From Nitrospirota bacterium (GTDB lineage Bacteria; Nitrospirota; UBA9217), in the NCBI GenBank assembly GCA_963737155.1, contig CAVTRN010000001.1, positions 960,001 through 1,024,000 of the forward strand: a DNA stretch of 64,000 nt, given 5' to 3'. The position numbers were made by a program, and so were the translations under genes. The notes below the pieces were generated by a model that was not told the DNA's origin, searched no databases, and was given only the letters and a program-made list of their open reading frames with translations. Of this stretch, positions 10,096 through 20,815 are shown in pieces. How positions within the stretch are numbered: the first letter of the stretch is position 1; each line of letters begins with the position of its first letter.

Positions 10096-10953
10096 CTACA
10101 ATCTCACTGGCACACCGCGCTCCTTCAAATACTCCTTCGCCTCCCTGATCGTGTATTCCTTGAAGTGAAAGATCGAGGCAGCCAGGGCAGCATCGGCCTT
10201 GCCTTTAGTGAATCCTTCATAGATGTGTTCCAGGTTCCCCACTCCGCCCGAAGCGATGACGGGGATCGTGACTGCTTCCGACACGGCCCGCGTCAACTCC
10301 AGGTCGTATCCTGTTTTCTGCCCATCCTGGTTCATGCTCGTGAGCAGTATCTCTCCTGCGCCATACCCTTCCATCTTCCTCGCCCATGCTACTGCGTCGA
10401 TGCCCATCGGTTTTCTACCGCCATGGGTGTAGACTTCCCATCTTAGTTCAGACATCTGGGTTTTGAGTTTACCACTAGATAGGAAAAGAGATTTGTATTG
10501 CGTGTCGCCAGCCCATTTTAAGGGCGGCTTGAAGTCAGGGTCATGAGCGACAACACGCTTCGCGTCGATTGCTACCACAATGCACTGGCTACCGAAGCGG
10601 AGCGATGCGGATTTGATGAACTCCGGGTCGTGGACTGCAGTGGTGTTGATTGATACCTTGTCCGCGCCCGCGAGCAGCAGGTTCCTGATGTCGTCGAGTA
10701 TTTTGATGCCGCCGCCTACCGTGAGGGGCATGAAAATCTTTTCAGCAGTCCTGCGCACCACGTCGAGGATGATGCCGCGCTCTTCGTGCGAGGCGGTTAT
10801 ATCGAGAAAGGTCAATTCGTCTGCGCCTTGCTCGTCGTATGCAGTGGCGATTTCCACGGGATCGCCGGCGTCGCGTAGGTTCACGAAGCTCACGCCTTTT
10901 ACAACCCGGCCGGCTTTTACGTCAAGGCAGGGGATAATTCGCTTGGTTAACAT
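10096..10953 (-). CDS. hisF: imidazole glycerol phosphate synthase cyclase subunit, with ~30-aa insertion
   Basis: [35 protein letters not shown]. Confidence 0.97.
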   Translation of the reverse strand: MLTKRIIPCLDVKAGRVVKGVSFVNLRDAGDPVEIATAYDEQGADELTFLDITASHEERGIILDVVRRTAEKIFMPLTVGGGIKILDDIRNLLLAGADKVSINTTAVHDPEFIKSASLRFGSQCIVVAIDAKRVVAHDPDFKPPLKWAGDTQYKSLFLSSGKLKTQMSELRWEVYTHGGRKPMGIDAVAWARKMEGYGAGEILLTSMNQDGQKTGYDLELTRAVSEAVTIPVIASGGVGNLEHIYEGFTKGKADAALAASIFHFKEYTIREAKEYLKERGVPVRL

Positions 10954-11020
10954 TAGCTCCTCAGTTGGATAGCCAAATTACAGTTAAGAAGGATAACGAT
11001 ACGGGTCTCCGGTTTCTGTC

Positions 11021-11095
11021 GTCATTCCGCCTCGTCCGGAATCGTCTCTAGCCGTGAGCGAAATTTAACTACGATTCCGGACAACCTAGAATGCC
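11021..11095. repeat. REP-like inverted repeat pair
   Basis: GTCATTCCGCCTCGTCCGGAATCG...CGATTCCGGACAACCTAGAATG. Confidence 0.55.
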
Positions 11096-11174
11096 TTCAA
11101 GTAAATTATATTTAACTTTTGGAAGATGGTCGGATTAAAATTGCATATATGGCTATTAGTTGTAAATTAATTTT

Positions 11175-11921
11175 TTACCGCACACAGCGGTTGTCATTCA
11201 TTTTTACGAACTGTATGGCTTCCTTCAAGTCCAGCGACCCGCTGTAGATCGCCCTCCCCGTGATCACGCCGCTCACGCCGGAGTAGCGCACTGTGAGCAG
11301 GTTCTCGATGTCCTTTATGGTATGGACGCCGCCTGACGCAATGACCGGGATGTGAAGCGCCTTGGCAAGAGCTTGAGTGGCTTCAATGTTTGGGCCCGAG
11401 AGCATTCCGTCACGCTTAATGTCGGTGTAGATTATCGCGATAACGCCGCAGTCCTGCATTTGAACTGCGAGGTCGATTGCCTTTACCTTCGTGACCTCTG
11501 CCCATCCTTTGATTGCAACAAGACCTTCTTTGGCATCGATACCGACGATAATCCTACCCGGAAACATCTCACAGGCCTCGCGCACAAAGGTGGGGTTTTC
11601 GATCGCTGCGGTTCCGAGGATGATACGGTCGATGCCGATGGAGACAAGCGATTCGATGGTTGCAATATCCCGAATGCCACCGCCGACTTCAATGGGAATC
11701 TTGATTGCTGCACGAATGGCCTTGATAGCTGTGAGATTTTTCGGTACCCCAGCAAAGGCACCGTTCAAGTCCACAACATGCAGAAATTCGGCGCCCTGGG
11801 ACTCCCAATGCCTGGCCGTTGTCGCTGGGTCTTCGGAGTAAATGGTGGCTTTTTCCATGAGCCCCTGCTCGAGGCGCACGCATTTGCCTTCTTTCAGATC
11901 AATTGCAGGAATGATAAGCAT
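11175..11921 (-). CDS. hisA: ProFAR isomerase
   Basis: [40 protein letters not shown]. Confidence 0.97.
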   Translation of the reverse strand: MLIIPAIDLKEGKCVRLEQGLMEKATIYSEDPATTARHWESQGAEFLHVVDLNGAFAGVPKNLTAIKAIRAAIKIPIEVGGGIRDIATIESLVSIGIDRIILGTAAIENPTFVREACEMFPGRIIVGIDAKEGLVAIKGWAEVTKVKAIDLAVQMQDCGVIAIIYTDIKRDGMLSGPNIEATQALAKALHIPVIASGGVHTIKDIENLLTVRYSGVSGVITGRAIYSGSLDLKEAIQFVKMNDNRCVR

Positions 11922-12059
11922 GAGAACCTCAAAATATGGAGTAGCAAGGGACACGCTGCGAGCACCAAGTAATTAATGGACAAGTAGCAGGGGAAAGAAA
12001 GCACAGGATTATGACTTCTTTGCCACGTGACCGTTGGCCTTAATTAAATCCGCTTGTCC

Positions 12060-12698
12060 CTATCCCTTTTGCTCTCCGAATCTTTTCAGAATCGACAACC
12101 CTAGTGTCTGGCTTTTCTCAGGGTGGAATTGGGATGCGAAGATGTTGTCTTTCCAGATGCTCGATACAAACTCGATTCCGTACGATGTCATGGTTGCGAT
12201 CACGCTTGTGTCATCGGGCACGACATGGAAGGAGTGCACGAAGTACGCGTAGCTGTTGTCCGGAAAATCCTGCAGCACGAGAGGGCGATGCTTAATCGAG
12301 ATGGAATTCCAACCCATGTGTGGGACCTTCAAAGTTTCGAGTTTTGAGTTTTGGGTCTCGAATTGCGGTCCTTTAAACCGTACGACACGACCTTTGATAA
12401 TATCGAGTCCTTTCGAGATCCCGAACTCCTCACTCTCTGTGAAGAGAAGCTGGAGGCCGAGGCAAATGCCGAGAAAGGGTTTGCCGCTCTCGATGCTTTT
12501 GTACACCACTTCGATCAGTCCGTACTCCTCGAGATTTCGCATGCAGTCCGGAAAGGCCCCTACGCCGGGCAGTACCACACGCGATGCGCTCAGGATGGTC
12601 TTCGGGTCTCTCGTGACCACGGCGTCACGGCCAACGTGTTCAAAACCCTTCTGAACGCTCCTGAGGTTTCCCATCCCGTAATCGATAATAGCTATCAT
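12060..12698 (-). CDS. hisH: IGP synthase glutamine amidotransferase subunit
   Basis: IIDYGMGNLRSV, GICLGLQ, VPHMGWN, QFHPEKS. Confidence 0.97.
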   Translation of the reverse strand: MIAIIDYGMGNLRSVQKGFEHVGRDAVVTRDPKTILSASRVVLPGVGAFPDCMRNLEEYGLIEVVYKSIESGKPFLGICLGLQLLFTESEEFGISKGLDIIKGRVVRFKGPQFETQNSKLETLKVPHMGWNSISIKHRPLVLQDFPDNSYAYFVHSFHVVPDDTSVIATMTSYGIEFVSSIWKDNIFASQFHPEKSQTLGLSILKRFGEQKG

Positions 12699-12789
12699 GA
12701 CGATACTCCACAACAGTGGGCACAGAGAACATACGGGGAATCGCGAACCCGTCTACCCGATCTTCCGCTGTAATCTCCGTGGTTAATTA

Positions 12790-13380
12790 TCAGATCTTGC
12801 CTTTCGTCGAAAGAACGCCTTTGATCCTCGGATCGAGGCTCGTAGCCTGGTCCAGGGCGCGACCGAAAGCCTTAAATATCCCCTCGAGCATATGGTGGAC
12901 GTCACGGCCATAGAGGACGCGGATGTGGAGGTTCATGCCTGCGTGGTTCACAACAGACTGGAAGAAGTCCTGCGCCAGTCCGGGATCAAAGTCCTTGAGC
13001 TTGTACTTTATTGGCAGCTTAACCTGGTATACGAAATACGGTCTGCCGGACAGATCCATGACAACCTGCGCCAGGGTCTCATCCATGGGTACCGTAGCCT
13101 CGCCATAGCGGCGGATGCCCTTGCTATCACCGAGCGCTTTTTTCAGCGCCTGTCCGAAGGCGATGCCCAAGTCCTCGACGGTGTGATGGTCATCAATCTC
13201 CGTGTCTCCTTTAGCGTTGAGAGTGAGATCGAAAAAGCCGTGCTTAGCTATGTGCGAGAACATGTGATCCATGAATGGTACTGCGGTCTCGATTTTGTAC
13301 ACTCCATTCCCGTCCAGATTCAAGGAGATTTTGATGTCTGTTTCTTTAGTCTTGCGGTCGATTGTTGCTTTACGGTTCAT
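12790..13380 (-). CDS. hisB: imidazoleglycerol-phosphate dehydratase
   Basis: [31 protein letters not shown]. Confidence 0.97.
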   Translation of the reverse strand: MNRKATIDRKTKETDIKISLNLDGNGVYKIETAVPFMDHMFSHIAKHGFFDLTLNAKGDTEIDDHHTVEDLGIAFGQALKKALGDSKGIRRYGEATVPMDETLAQVVMDLSGRPYFVYQVKLPIKYKLKDFDPGLAQDFFQSVVNHAGMNLHIRVLYGRDVHHMLEGIFKAFGRALDQATSLDPRIKGVLSTKGKI

Positions 13381-13469
13381 AGAAATCCTTTTATATCAAG
13401 GGAGTTATCCCCGTAGTTCTGCTATGGGAAACCTTATGCTTGGGGTTCCAAGGGGGCACTAAGTATCCT

Positions 13470-13506
13470 TCTGTTCACCTGCGGGGCTCAATGCCCCGCA
13501 CGTGAA
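13470..13506. repeat. strong intergenic hairpin between hisC and hisB
   Basis: GTTCACCTGCGGGGC-TCAAT-GCCCCGCACGTGAAC. Confidence 0.5.
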
Positions 13507-13635
13507 CACGAGCGAAGCAAGTTTTAACCGGATTCTGTCACTGCTGGCTTGACTTAGAAATCCAAAGACGTTTAAGTGAAGACACCGGATTCCCTCCTTC
13601 GGAGGATAATGAACCGGGTTATTTCAATTCTGTGT

Positions 13636-14727
13636 TCAACCGCAGTCCTCTACAGCCAAAATATTCCTCAGACGTTTCAGCAGCTCACGATTCTCTTCCG
13701 GCGTCCCGATGGTTATTCGCAGGCAATTTCGGAGCGGCCCGGGATTGTTCAGATTCTTAATGAGAATGCCTGCCTGCTTGAGTTTCCGATGAATGTTTGA
13801 GGCATCCGCGACAGTCCTGATCAGTATGAAGTTGGTTTCTGTTGGATAGACTGTGACGCCTTGGAGCCCTAAAAAAGCATTATAGAGCTTTTCCCGCTCT
13901 GAAATCAACTGCGAAATCTGGCTATTCAAGACATTCCGGTGTTTTAACGCTGTTACTGCGGCTATCTGGGAGAGGCTATTGATGTTGTAGGGTAGACGAA
14001 TTTTATTGAGCTCGTCGACGATTTCCGGCGAAGCAGCCAGTATGCCGACACGAAGACCGGCGAAACCTATCTTCGAAAGCGTTCTTAGGATGATCATGTT
14101 CGGATACTTTTTCAGGAATGGTAGCCAGGTCTTGCCGGAAAAGCTGTAATAGGCCTCGTCGATTACAACGGCAGCACTGGTTATGTTCAATACCTTTTGT
14201 ACTGCCGCATCGGAAAAACGGTTACCTGTGGGATTGTTTGGACAGGCGAGGAAGATTACACGTGCCTTACTCGCTTTTGCCTTTCTGACCATGAGGTCCG
14301 CGTCCAGATCGAAACTCTTGTCGAGCGGCACCGTGACAACGTTCTGCGCAAGCGTGCGTGTGGTGATTTCATACATTGTGAAGGTAGGCACGGGAACGAG
14401 CGCTGGTCCGCCGAAAGCGAGGATGATTGACTGGATTAACTCGTCCGATCCGTTCCCGAGTACCATCTGCTCAGGCCTTATTTTCCAGAGTGATGCAATC
14501 GCTTTTTTCAGTTTCTTGGCGGAAGGATCAGGATAGAGATTGATCGAAATGTTTTGGACAGCAGAGGCAATTTCCCGTTGCACCGACTCTGGCATTGAGA
14601 AGGGATTCTCCATGGCATCGAGCTTGATGCGAACGGGCGTTTCATCGACATGATACGCAGTGAGCTTGCGTACCTCGGGCCTGACAAGCCGGAGAAGAGA
14701 TTTGTTTTTCGAGGTTTTTGTAGACAT
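13636..14727 (-). CDS. hisC: histidinol-phosphate aminotransferase
   Basis: KLDAMENP, GNGSDELI, PNNPTG, DEAY, RTLSKIGFAGLRVG. Confidence 0.95.
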   Translation of the reverse strand: MSTKTSKNKSLLRLVRPEVRKLTAYHVDETPVRIKLDAMENPFSMPESVQREIASAVQNISINLYPDPSAKKLKKAIASLWKIRPEQMVLGNGSDELIQSIILAFGGPALVPVPTFTMYEITTRTLAQNVVTVPLDKSFDLDADLMVRKAKASKARVIFLACPNNPTGNRFSDAAVQKVLNITSAAVVIDEAYYSFSGKTWLPFLKKYPNMIILRTLSKIGFAGLRVGILAASPEIVDELNKIRLPYNINSLSQIAAVTALKHRNVLNSQISQLISEREKLYNAFLGLQGVTVYPTETNFILIRTVADASNIHRKLKQAGILIKNLNNPGPLRNCLRITIGTPEENRELLKRLRNILAVEDCG

Positions 14728-14734
14728 AGAGGGC

Positions 14735-14763
14735 ACTATACAAGAATCAACGACCCTGTTCAA
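14735..14763 (-). promoter_or_regulatory. sigma70 promoter of hisC, likely leaderless transcript
   Basis: Minus strand TTGAAC-17 nt-TATAGT-7 nt-ATG, no SD. Confidence 0.55.
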
Positions 14764-15264
14764 GCGGAAATTATGCCGCTCGGTGAAATATCGGATGACA
14801 ATTAAGGCCTTGCAAACGAAGACAATTAAGTTCTTATTATTTGTTTGGCCCCGTTCGGGTATCTGCAAGCAATAGAGTCATGGCAAATATATACTCCTAA
14901 CCCTGCCACTCTTTCCGATTGGTCGTTTGCAGATGTTCCGATTCATTCCTAACAATAATTCTGACGGGAATTCTACTCAGAGAGTTTCTCGATAAAAGGA
15001 TATCTTAGCGTCGCATACTTCGTTCCGTAAAGCAGTATCGTGCCGCACATATAGATATCGTGACCTACACCTACTATTCTGCAATGTCGACTATGCGAAA
15101 TAATCATCACCAACCGTTTGTAACTTACACGTGGACGCGGAATTAACTCACTTGGCGGGTTGAATGACTGGTTAGAAAAATTCATAGACCGTCAGCTGTG
15201 TAGGCCTGCCCCGCCTCAAGGCGAGTCATGAGCAGATTTGACCCCTTCCATAATTTTGTCCTTA

Positions 15265-16137
15265 TCAAAAACTAAACAAAAAACCACCTCGAAATTCAGT
15301 TTCTTTAATGTTGTAAGAAACAATATCAACTCCATAACCATGCGAGTATTGAAAAAATATTTTTGGCTGCAAATTAGTACTAAAAACCTTGCTGGTACTT
15401 TCTATCATATAATAACCTTTTCCGAACGGATTCCCTGAACATCTAAAGTTAAAACCTTGCTCCTTTAGCATTTGCCAAAGGCTATAAAAATGCTTCTCAT
15501 TATCTTTCCAGTCGTATTGATGAATATAATATAGATTTGATTCGTAATTATGTCGGTAATCATTTATGCCTTCATTTTGCGTGCTTTTGCTCCAATATCC
15601 AAATAGTCTTGGGTTAATCCCAATTTCGTTCTGTTTCTTTTCATCTGTATATGAAATATCAAACTCGCCGTAGAATTCGTTTATGCTCCTATGATCAGAG
15701 CCTTCAACACCAGTAGAACAGTGATAAATCGGGGCTATTTTAAAATATTTAAACGGACCTAAATTCAAATCGCGAAAACTATTCTTTGAATCGAACTTAA
15801 AGAATGCTTCAGGCTGGTAGTTGCTAGAAAATGTATCCCGACCGGAATAAGCCGTCCACCAACTTGTCTGGGTATATGCAAAAAAAGCCGAATTACCGAC
15901 TATTTTAAAGAAGGTATTAATTTTATCGTCTGCTGGATTTTTATCTGGAATATATAACTGATATTTAGCAGATAATTGAAATTTTATTTGATTATCATCG
16001 TCGCCAAAAGTAATGTAATTATCTCTATATAAAGACATTGCAGTTTTGCTCTGAGCTACTGAAACCTCCGTTTCCGCCGCATAGCAGACTGAGATTTGAA
16101 AAAGGAAAATAATAATAAATAGTTTATTCATTATCAT
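15265..16137 (-). CDS. outer-membrane phospholipase A (PldA/OMPLA-like)
   Basis: Signal peptide; KFQLSAK, FAYTQTSWW, NYQPEAF, catalytic H-x-S (YHCSTG); terminal Phe; AT-rich. Confidence 0.75.
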   Translation of the reverse strand: MIMNKLFIIIFLFQISVCYAAETEVSVAQSKTAMSLYRDNYITFGDDDNQIKFQLSAKYQLYIPDKNPADDKINTFFKIVGNSAFFAYTQTSWWTAYSGRDTFSSNYQPEAFFKFDSKNSFRDLNLGPFKYFKIAPIYHCSTGVEGSDHRSINEFYGEFDISYTDEKKQNEIGINPRLFGYWSKSTQNEGINDYRHNYESNLYYIHQYDWKDNEKHFYSLWQMLKEQGFNFRCSGNPFGKGYYMIESTSKVFSTNLQPKIFFQYSHGYGVDIVSYNIKETEFRGGFLFSF

Positions 16138-16536
16138 TCGTATTTTGTTGTGGGGCAGCTGGTAACTGAAAGGCAGATTGTAAATTGCAGCAAGCTCTCC
16201 AGTCTGACTCGTCACAGCATCAGCAAGATCTTCCTGCCTGAAAGTACTTATAATAATATGCATAATACAAACAGAACTATTCGCCTACCTAACAATTCTG
16301 GCCATCTGGCCTTCACTTACAAGGTTGAAATGTCAAAGTTGTGACAAGGTTAAAGAAAACAGGGTATAACTTACATGTATGGGTAGATAAGCTATTGAAT
16401 CCATCTTGAGACTATAAGCATGTTGCAAGGAACAGAACCTGCAATGAGCAAGGGAAGAAATTAGAAGCTCAGTTTCATAGTGTACGCTGCAAAATTGTTC
16501 GGCTATTATTATATATTCCAGACGCACAGATATGCG

Positions 16537-16959
16537 TTACCTCTTAATATCCTTAACTTCGAGCTTGAAACACTGCTTTCCTGCCCCATGAGCCCAAAAA
16601 TCCTTATACAATGCACCGTGCTGATCGGTCCAATCGCGAACAAATTCTGCGCACAATTCATAAGTATGATCGTTGAGCACTCTGTACTCATAAATTCGTC
16701 TAGTATCAGGATCCATCAGCCTTGTAAAACCTCCTGGTTCCTTCGAAAGCTCCTCAAGCGAAAGCGGCAGAGTTTGATGCCGAGTCCAGTAAAGGTCAAC
16801 CGCACGAGATATAGCTCGAAGGTCAGCAACTCGCTGTGAGTCCATTCGCCGTATTCGTTCCTGGGTCGGAGAACCAACAAGGAGGAGTCCTCCAACCACT
16901 GCGGCCACAACTACAGCGATGGATGATGCGACTAATATGTCGACTCCGGACATTCTCAC
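16537..16959 (-). CDS. membrane-anchored partner of DUF5671 protein
   Basis: One N-terminal TM; D..RVADL, DPDT, YELCAEF...GKQCF; start overlaps upstream stop (GTGA). Confidence 0.7.
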   Translation of the reverse strand: MRMSGVDILVASSIAVVVAAVVGGLLLVGSPTQERIRRMDSQRVADLRAISRAVDLYWTRHQTLPLSLEELSKEPGGFTRLMDPDTRRIYEYRVLNDHTYELCAEFVRDWTDQHGALYKDFWAHGAGKQCFKLEVKDIKR

Positions 16960-17603
16960 GATTTAGCATCCGCCTCTTCCTGGCGCAAATCCCACAAGTA
17001 GTAACCAAAAACCGTACCTGAGATGACACCAACGGTCATCACTTTCAACAAAAAGCGTAGAGTTAGCTCCCCACTTAGAAAATTGTAAACAAGGGTAGTC
17101 AAATCACCTAGTATCACACAAGCTGCGATAAACAGTGTTATGTATGTTAGCCACTTGCGGATTTTTGATGCGCGTTTGCTAGGATCACGTCTGACGGCAT
17201 GGCCGATCAATTTGGATACGTATAAGAAGACCGGAAAAGCAATGACAAGTGACGCAACAGACCAACGGATCGCCTGCTGTATTTGCTCGCCGAAGCCTAC
17301 AGACGCGGCGGGATCTGGAAAGGCGCGGTCTATAAACTGGAACACGAGGCTCCCTACGTTATACGCGCTGATATACAAAGTAGTAAAAAGAACGAGGTAA
17401 ATGAATGCTTCGCGTGCAGAGAGGTATGGTTTTGGTCTAGGTACCGGAATCGGAAAATCGATTTCGGCGAAGGAGGTAAGCGCACCCTTTACTTGGTCGG
17501 ATCCCCATCCTGCTCTGACCAAAGCATCTTTAATCTGATCACGCGAAAGGCCACGTGACAAAGCATCCCTAACAAAGCTTAACAAGTCTTCACTGATGGC
17601 CAT
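16956..17603 (-). CDS. DUF5671-type membrane protein
   Basis: FPIPVPRP, AREAFIYL, RKWLTYITLF, FLSGELTLRF; several TM helices; GGAGG RBS. Confidence 0.75.
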   Translation of the reverse strand: MAISEDLLSFVRDALSRGLSRDQIKDALVRAGWGSDQVKGALTSFAEIDFPIPVPRPKPYLSAREAFIYLVLFTTLYISAYNVGSLVFQFIDRAFPDPAASVGFGEQIQQAIRWSVASLVIAFPVFLYVSKLIGHAVRRDPSKRASKIRKWLTYITLFIAACVILGDLTTLVYNFLSGELTLRFLLKVMTVGVISGTVFGYYLWDLRQEEADAKS

Positions 17604-17831
17604 TGTTTTCCTCCAGATGGCGTACCAGATTTATGCACCCGTTGTCATCAATTCAGATTCTAATATACAAATCTAGATGGTTTCAAGCCACAAGTAACGG
17701 GAAAGAGTTTTCATCGCATATTTCACTTATGATTTAACATGTCCTTAATAATTCAGTCTATCTTATCACCACTACAAGGTTACAATTTCGATCAAGCAAA
17801 GCAGCCATCAATTACGGGTTGAAACTTACAC

Positions 17832-17901
17832 CCTGAATGTTCGGGTTCAGCCGGGTTGGCGAGTGCAGCGGAGCAACGTCGACTGCAACCCGTTGTTAGG
17901 C
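17832..17901 (-). mobile_element. integron attC site with degenerate R' box
   Basis: Minus strand GCCTAAC-AACGG-GTTGCAGTCGAC...CGGCTGAAC-CCGAAC-ATTCAGG, 32 nt after the DHFR-like stop; imperfect palindrome with one unpaired base. Confidence 0.7.
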
Positions 17902-17933
17902 GGTGATGCGATTCGTTGCATAGATACAATAAT

Positions 17934-18536
17934 TTAAGCCCCAAGCAATTCTGTCTTCACTTCACCGGCACGCTTGTAATTGGCAATAATAACGCCGAGT
18001 GGTGAAACTTTGCTGTCAGTTAATTTGAAAGCTGCCGGACTCGTCCCATCGGCAAACAAGCGCTTTCCCGACCCAAGTGTTATTGGAAAAATTTTGAGCC
18101 AAAATTCATCAACCAAGTCATGCTTCAAGAGAGTTTGAACGAAATTGCCACTGCCATAAACTTGTAAATCAGGTCCGTCTTGTTTTTTGAGTTTTATTAC
18201 TTTTGAAACTACGTCGTCCTTGAGAAGAACCGAATTTCCCCATTCAAGTTTCATTTCCTTGTGCGAAACGACATATTTTCTCGCTTCATTGACACCAGGC
18301 CACACGGCACTGTGGTGCGGCCAGTATGACGCAAAGATTTCAAAGGTAGCTCTGCCCAACAATAACTCAAAGGGCTTGCTCATCTGCTCTCCCATCACCT
18401 TGCCCGCAAAGTCGTCAAAGTACGGAGCAGTCCAGCCGCCGTACTTAAAACCGCCGGAAATATCCTCCTTGGGCGCGCCCGGTGCCTGCATAACGCCGTC
18501 GAGGCTAATAAATGTAAGGACGATGATTTTTCGCAC
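17934..18536 (-). CDS. dihydrofolate reductase/RibD C-terminal family protein (probable gene cassette)
   Basis: FISLDGVMQAPG, LLGRATFE, YGSGNFVQ, GSGKRLF; GTTAGGT core upstream and attC downstream. Confidence 0.85.
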   Translation of the reverse strand: MRKIIVLTFISLDGVMQAPGAPKEDISGGFKYGGWTAPYFDDFAGKVMGEQMSKPFELLLGRATFEIFASYWPHHSAVWPGVNEARKYVVSHKEMKLEWGNSVLLKDDVVSKVIKLKKQDGPDLQVYGSGNFVQTLLKHDLVDEFWLKIFPITLGSGKRLFADGTSPAAFKLTDSKVSPLGVIIANYKRAGEVKTELLGA

Positions 18537-18872
18537 GGCTATTCTCCTTTATGTTTGTTTTTTACAACCTTTATACAAACATAAATCCTTTTGTATTATG
18601 TAACAACCTAACAAGTAATTATCTATCCGTAACCCGAATAGGAAAGAACGGATTTTCGGTCTTTAGAGTTCAGCAAGGATGATGCCAATAAAAATTTCTA
18701 AATGTAATCTACAGCCCTATTCCGCCTTCGTTAACTCCAGGTTCCCGGACGTTGCTATTGAGAGAAAACCTTATCACAAAATTCAACGATACAATGTGAA
18801 TTACGCAACCTGCCAATATTACGTCGGACTCGATGTGGGTGTCAGGCAACCAGCTGGTGCCGCGGCGCAAGC

Positions 18873-19040
18873 TTACGGGTTCTTTAGGAATCTCAAATAG
18901 AAGGCTGAAAACACCAAGACAATGCCGATGTTCACCATCAGCCGTTCCCAGAATCGATTCTTAAAGAACAGTATATCTACACTAACGACAACGGCAATCA
19001 ACGCCACGATGTAAAGCACGACAGACATGTTCCTTGTCAT
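18873..19040 (-). CDS. 55-aa two-TM hypothetical protein (below ORF-track cutoff)
   Basis: GGGAG RBS; MTRNMSVVLYIVALIAVVVSVDILFFKNRFWERLMVNIGIVLVFSAFYLRFLKNP*. Confidence 0.6.
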   Translation of the reverse strand: MTRNMSVVLYIVALIAVVVSVDILFFKNRFWERLMVNIGIVLVFSAFYLRFLKNP

Positions 19041-19789
19041 TTCGATCTCCCGTTCAAATATATCAACAGCCGCTTACCCATGAGGTTGCTGGATTTGCCT
19101 CTAGTTCCTCTTGCGGTTATTCCTGTTCTCGGCGGCCAAGTAGGATCACCACGAAGATAGCTGCGATCGAGAGCTGGCTTAATGGCATGAGCTAAGAGGT
19201 GAGCGTGTGACATCCTTCAGAATTTCGTCGTGTGATTTCATATACATTTTTCTATTAGTTAATAAACCACTCACTGTAACCGGGTATCAGGGGCACCAGT
19301 AATTATCGACTTGCAACGCGTCTAGTAAAGAACATTTTACGGTCTTTACGAGCCAGCAATTTGCATGCCGCATTTTTCATAATATGCATAATTCTCGAGG
19401 ATGTCAACAACCGATGATTGGCATTTTTAGGGTGGTATTCGATGAGGAATTCTGGATTAAATATAGAATGTTAAGTGAATTAGCAACGATAAGAACTTCA
19501 GGAAGGTTGCTGACAGAAATCTTTATCACAAATGCTATGATACAAAATGAATTCTGCACCTTCTTTAATAGTATATGCTGGTGTCAAGTGCATATCTATT
19601 TTCTTTAATATACGGCGCTAAACCATAATGGTTTACTTTTTTTGTTGCGAAAAGTTCGCTCGGCAGATCAAGAATCGAATCTGCAACAACATATCCATAC
19701 GCCATTTTTTATCCGATACATTTATTTAATGCTGGCCCATAACTATTACTATGAGATATCGTAAAGCCATTGAAGCCGCTCCTTATATG

Positions 19790-20815
19790 CTAAATCATAA
19801 CCTTTCCCAAAATATTTTCATCATCAAGAACCTTGCCGGCTCCGAGAACAACGCAGGTGAGCGGGTCCTCGGCAATGATGATGGGGAGAGATGTTTCTTC
19901 CCGAAGAAACACATCCAAACCTTTGAGCATCGCTCCGCCTCCCGACAGAACAATTCCCTTATCCACGATGTCAGCCGAAATCTCTGGCGGCGTATTTTCA
20001 AGGGCCAATTTGATGCTGTCCAGTATCTGTCTGACCGGATCAGCGAGTGACTCGAGAATTTCTTCGTCATCTATTATAATCATCTTCGGGATGCCAGATA
20101 TCAAGTCACGCCCCCTTATTTGCATGGTATGCCGTTCGCTGTCCATTTTATATGCAGAGCCAATCTCAATCTTGATTGTTTCTGCCATTATTTCTCCGAT
20201 AAGCAGATTGTATTTTCGCTTGATGTAGTTTATGATGGCTTCATCCATCTTGTCGCCGCCCATGCGGATGGCTTTGCTGTAAACAATGCCGACCATAGAT
20301 ATGACAGCGATGTCAGTGGTGCCTCCACCGATATCGACGATCATATTCCCTGACGGATCCGATATGGGCATACCAGCCCCAATGGCCGCAGCCACGGATT
20401 CTTCGATAAGGTAGACATCACGTGCGCCCGAGGAAAAAGCGGCGTCCTTAACTGCACGCTGCTCTACCTGGGTAATGCCTGATGGAACCCCGATGATGAT
20501 CCGCGGCCGTATAAAGGACTTCCGATTGTGTATTCGCTGAATAAAGTATTTAAGCATTTCCCTCGTATAGTCAAAGTCTGAAATGACGCCATCCTTGATG
20601 GGCCGGATGGTGCTTACGTTGCCGGGGGTGCGGCCGAGCATTCGTTTTGCATCAGCGCCGATGGAAAGTACCTTCCCTGTTTTGGATGATATGGCAACTA
20701 CGGAGGGCTCATTTAATACAATTCCTTTGCTCTTGACATACACCAACGTGTTTGCAGTGCCGAGATCTATGGCCATGTCGTTCGAGATCCATCCCATGAC
20801 GGAGTTAATAAACAT
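19790..20815 (-). CDS. mreB: MreB actin-like protein, orphan (no mreC/mreD adjacent)
   Basis: AIDLGTANTLVY, NEPSVVA, DIGGGTTD, LSGGGA; GGAGGAG RBS. Confidence 0.93.
   Translation of the reverse strand: MFINSVMGWISNDMAIDLGTANTLVYVKSKGIVLNEPSVVAISSKTGKVLSIGADAKRMLGRTPGNVSTIRPIKDGVISDFDYTREMLKYFIQRIHNRKSFIRPRIIIGVPSGITQVEQRAVKDAAFSSGARDVYLIEESVAAAIGAGMPISDPSGNMIVDIGGGTTDIAVISMVGIVYSKAIRMGGDKMDEAIINYIKRKYNLLIGEIMAETIKIEIGSAYKMDSERHTMQIRGRDLISGIPKMIIIDDEEILESLADPVRQILDSIKLALENTPPEISADIVDKGIVLSGGGAMLKGLDVFLREETSLPIIIAEDPLTCVVLGAGKVLDDENILGKVMI

Noticed and set aside
17934-18536. dfrA trimethoprim-resistance cassette
   Set aside because: The sequence matches the ~200-aa RibD C-terminal/DHFR-like family, not the shorter DfrA enzymes
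19790-20815. MamK or magnetosome gene
   Set aside because: Motifs are canonical MreB and no mam/mad genes are nearby
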